From Bdellovibrionota bacterium (GTDB taxonomy: Bacteria > Bdellovibrionota_C > UBA2361 > JBIKWN01), in NCBI GenBank assembly GCA_044356295.1, contig JBIKWN010000014.1, positions 1 through 49,534 of the forward strand: a DNA stretch of 49,534 nt, read 5' to 3'. Each line of letters begins with the position of its first letter. Position 1 is the first letter of the stretch. Below are positions 47,952-49,534 of the stretch, piece by piece. Made by a program: the position numbers and the translations under genes. The notes under the pieces are model-generated. The model made no database searches. It saw only the letters and a list, made by a program, of their open reading frames with translations, and was not told the DNA's origin.

Positions 47952-48344
47952 CCTTGATTTCCTACTAACATTTCTTGAATTAGCTTGTAGCCATTTAGCA
48001 AGTGTTTGCTCATCAACAGAACCATCAGCTACCCCGATCATAACGATCACAGCCTCCTCTTCTGATGCTGTTAGCTCAATTTTATTAATTTGCAAAAAAG
48101 CGTAAGCAATTGTTAGTCCTACTCTTTTATTCCCATCTATGAATGGATGATTTTTAATCACTCCATATGAATAGCTAGCAGCTAATCTAAATAGATCTGC
48201 TTTCTTGTATGCATGTAGATTTTTTGGTCTAGCTAAAGCAGATTCAAGCAAACCACGATCGCGAATGCCTGATTTACCACCAAATTCGCGAATAAGCTCC
48301 GAGTGCATCAAAAGCACAGCTGAAATAGGAACAAAGCGGATCAC
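47946..48344 (-). CDS. doc: Doc (death-on-curing, Fic-family) toxin
   Basis: GIRD.GLLESALARP, HPFIDGNKR. Confidence 0.95.
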   Translation of the reverse strand: MIRFVPISAVLLMHSELIREFGGKSGIRDRGLLESALARPKNLHAYKKADLFRLAASYSYGVIKNHPFIDGNKRVGLTIAYAFLQINKIELTASEEEAVIVMIGVADGSVDEQTLAKWLQANSRNVSRKSRV

Positions 48345-48565
48345 TTTGCTAGCTCTTTTAGAGCATTACGATATTTTTTCATAGCACTTCTAGTAGCTGC
48401 AATGGAGTCTTCAAAGTCTGGATCGTAAGGAGTGATTTTAATTCCATCAGCATCTGCACTAATCAGAACTTCATCACCTTCTTCAAGATGGTGAGCGTTC
48501 AATGATTCAGCCGGTAAAATCGCGCCAAGGGAATTACCAATTTTTCTAATTTTAGCTTTAACCAT
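48341..48565 (-). CDS. AbrB/MazE-type antitoxin cognate to Doc
   Basis: KIRKIGNSLG.ILP, L.EGD, TPYDPDF, KYRNALKELAK; 4-bp overlap with doc. Confidence 0.92.
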   Translation of the reverse strand: MVKAKIRKIGNSLGAILPAESLNAHHLEEGDEVLISADADGIKITPYDPDFEDSIAATRSAMKKYRNALKELAK

Positions 48566-48576
48566 ATGTTATTACC

Positions 48577-48590
48577 TATGTTATAACATA
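48577..48590. promoter_or_regulatory. Putative autoregulatory operator of the antitoxin-doc operon
   Basis: Perfect 14-bp palindrome TATGTTATAACATA 12 bp upstream of the antitoxin ATG; degenerate second copy ATGTTATTACCT immediately adjacent. Confidence 0.7.
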
Positions 48591-48644
48591 AATCGGTCGT
48601 AAACAATCGAAACTTTACGGATATATCAATAAACGCCATGCAGA

Positions 48645-48696
48645 ATTCTAACCCGTTGAACTTTTGCATGATTAAGAAAGTGTTCTGGGTTAGAAT
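48645..48696. mobile_element. Short degenerate attC-like site
   Basis: ATTCTAACCC ... GGGTTAGAAT (10-bp inverted repeat containing TAAC/GTTA) with partial inner pairing GAACTTT/AAAGTGTTC; 52 bp, shorter than typical attC. Confidence 0.4.
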
Positions 48697-48732
48697 CTAG
48701 TGCGTTTACACTTTGCCCCTCGCGGAACATTA

Positions 48733-49080
48733 ATGAATTTTCGTAATAGTGTATTAGTCGTTATATCCATTTTAAATGCACCAGCTGGTGCTTTTGCTTG
48801 TTCTTGCGGACTCCCTCTTACGACATGCGACGATAGTCAGCAAAGGTCATATCGAATCGCTCATTTTTTTTACATAGCTGGCATTGAGGGTAGATCAGGC
48901 TCCCTACTCATGATTTTAGGCTTTTTTGTTAGTCTAATTATGCTGGGGATTTTTTTCTGGAAGAAGCAACGCCTGTCATTAATGATTGCACTGATGGCCC
49001 TACTGCTTGCTGTTGTTATATTCTTGATTAGAGGATTTGCCCTTCCTTATCTTTGTAACTGCTGCGCAATGCCGGGATAA
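48733..49080 (+). CDS. Hypothetical Cys-rich membrane protein (probable cassette gene)
   Basis: Signal-like N-terminus ending AFA-CSC, two TM helices, C-terminal CNCC; ATG 48733 preferred over GTG 48700. Confidence 0.55.
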   Translation: MNFRNSVLVVISILNAPAGAFACSCGLPLTTCDDSQQRSYRIAHFFYIAGIEGRSGSLLMILGFFVSLIMLGIFFWKKQRLSLMIALMALLLAVVIFLIRGFALPYLCNCCAMPG

Positions 49081-49160
49081 TAAAGAAAATGGGCTCCATT
49101 GATTCTGCAACTCAACGCAAGACAATTGCAGTCCTACAGGAAATGTTCACTTTTTAAGGG

Positions 49161-49225
49161 GGATAACGTCTTAAAGCAGCGGTTGGCGAGGCAGTCGCCA
49201 ATCCGTCTGGCTTTAGTTGTTATGC
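49161..49225 (-). mobile_element. Integron attC site (65 bp), minus orientation
   Basis: Minus strand GCATAAC-AACTA-AAG(C)CAG(A)CGG(A)TTGGCGA-CTGCC-TCGCCAA-CCG-CTG-CTT-TAAGAC-GTTATCC: R'', 5-bp spacer, L'' with extra C, L', 6-bp spacer, R'. Confidence 0.88.
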
Positions 49226-49272
49226 GCGGGGGTTTCAGGAAACTTTTCCTGTAACTTCACGAATAGCCTTAT

Positions 49273-49534
49273 ATGCTACGGCGATATACATGGGAGAAGG
49301 TACGTGAGAAGTGCCAGCACTATAAAAGAAGAACACCCGAATCAAGTACACTCTATCAAATAGTATTCCATGCAAAGCAAAAACTTGAATATTGCTGGGA
49401 GGAGAGATTCATATCTGAATTTGGGGTACTTCGTGATGAAGTGCTCTCTGTGCTTGATGAGTATCTGAACTGCGGACTCCTCGAGCATGGTGCTGCCAGA
49501 GTTTATTGTGATACTTGCAAGTATTCACTACTTG
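49273..49534 (+). CDS. IS91/ISCR-like (Y2 HUH) transposase, N-terminal zinc-binding region, truncated by the window end
   Basis: Manual translation MLRRYTWEKVREKCQHYKRRTPESSTLYQIV...DEYLNCGLLEHGAARVYCDTCKYSLL matches the YxRRxPExTxLY ... YLxCGxLxHGxARVxCxxC pattern; absent from the ORF track because it has no stop. Confidence 0.85.
   Translation, partial: MLRRYTWEKVREKCQHYKRRTPESSTLYQIVFHAKQKLEYCWEERFISEFGVLRDEVLSVLDEYLNCGLLEHGAARVYCDTCKYSLL

Noticed and set aside
47902..48105. 67-aa plus-strand ORF
   Set aside because: Starts inside attC 2 and is antisense to doc.
1..49534. tRNA, rRNA or prophage genes
   Set aside because: No cloverleaf or T-loop signatures, rRNA-like tracts or phage structural genes were recognised; intergenic gaps are mostly short.

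Overview
AT-rich bacterial chromosomal segment. Gene content (Geobacter/Myxococcus-type pilin and pilGHI, CxxxY-type CcmE, RpoH-box sigma factor) suggests a deltaproteobacteria-related lineage such as Bdellovibrionota; this is inference only. Most of the window is housekeeping or envelope genes: topA, mgtE-like, mnmG, rnhA, aspC-like, engB, ddl, nadD, glycosyltransferases and a System I*-type ccm cluster including an un-called ccmD. Three things stand out. (1) A rearranged type IVa pilus locus in which the usual PilS kinase and PilR response regulator are replaced by one protein, a PilS-like membrane sensor domain fused directly to a PilR-type sigma-54 AAA+/HTH module with no kinase or receiver domain. 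A near-consensus sigma-54 promoter, an IHF-like site and tandem enhancer-like repeats lie in front of pilA. (2) A sphingomyelinase-like EEP hydrolase apparently co-transcribed with betaine-lipid genes btaAB. (3) At the right end, an integron-type cassette region with no integrase in the window: attC sites in opposite orientations flanking brnTA, phd/doc-type and ORFan cassettes, abutting a truncated IS91/ISCR-like transposase. Two GC-rich palindromes built from 6-bp and 9-bp tandem units sit in intergenic gaps. No rRNA, tRNA or CRISPR array was seen. All calls come from reading motifs by eye; no database searches were run.
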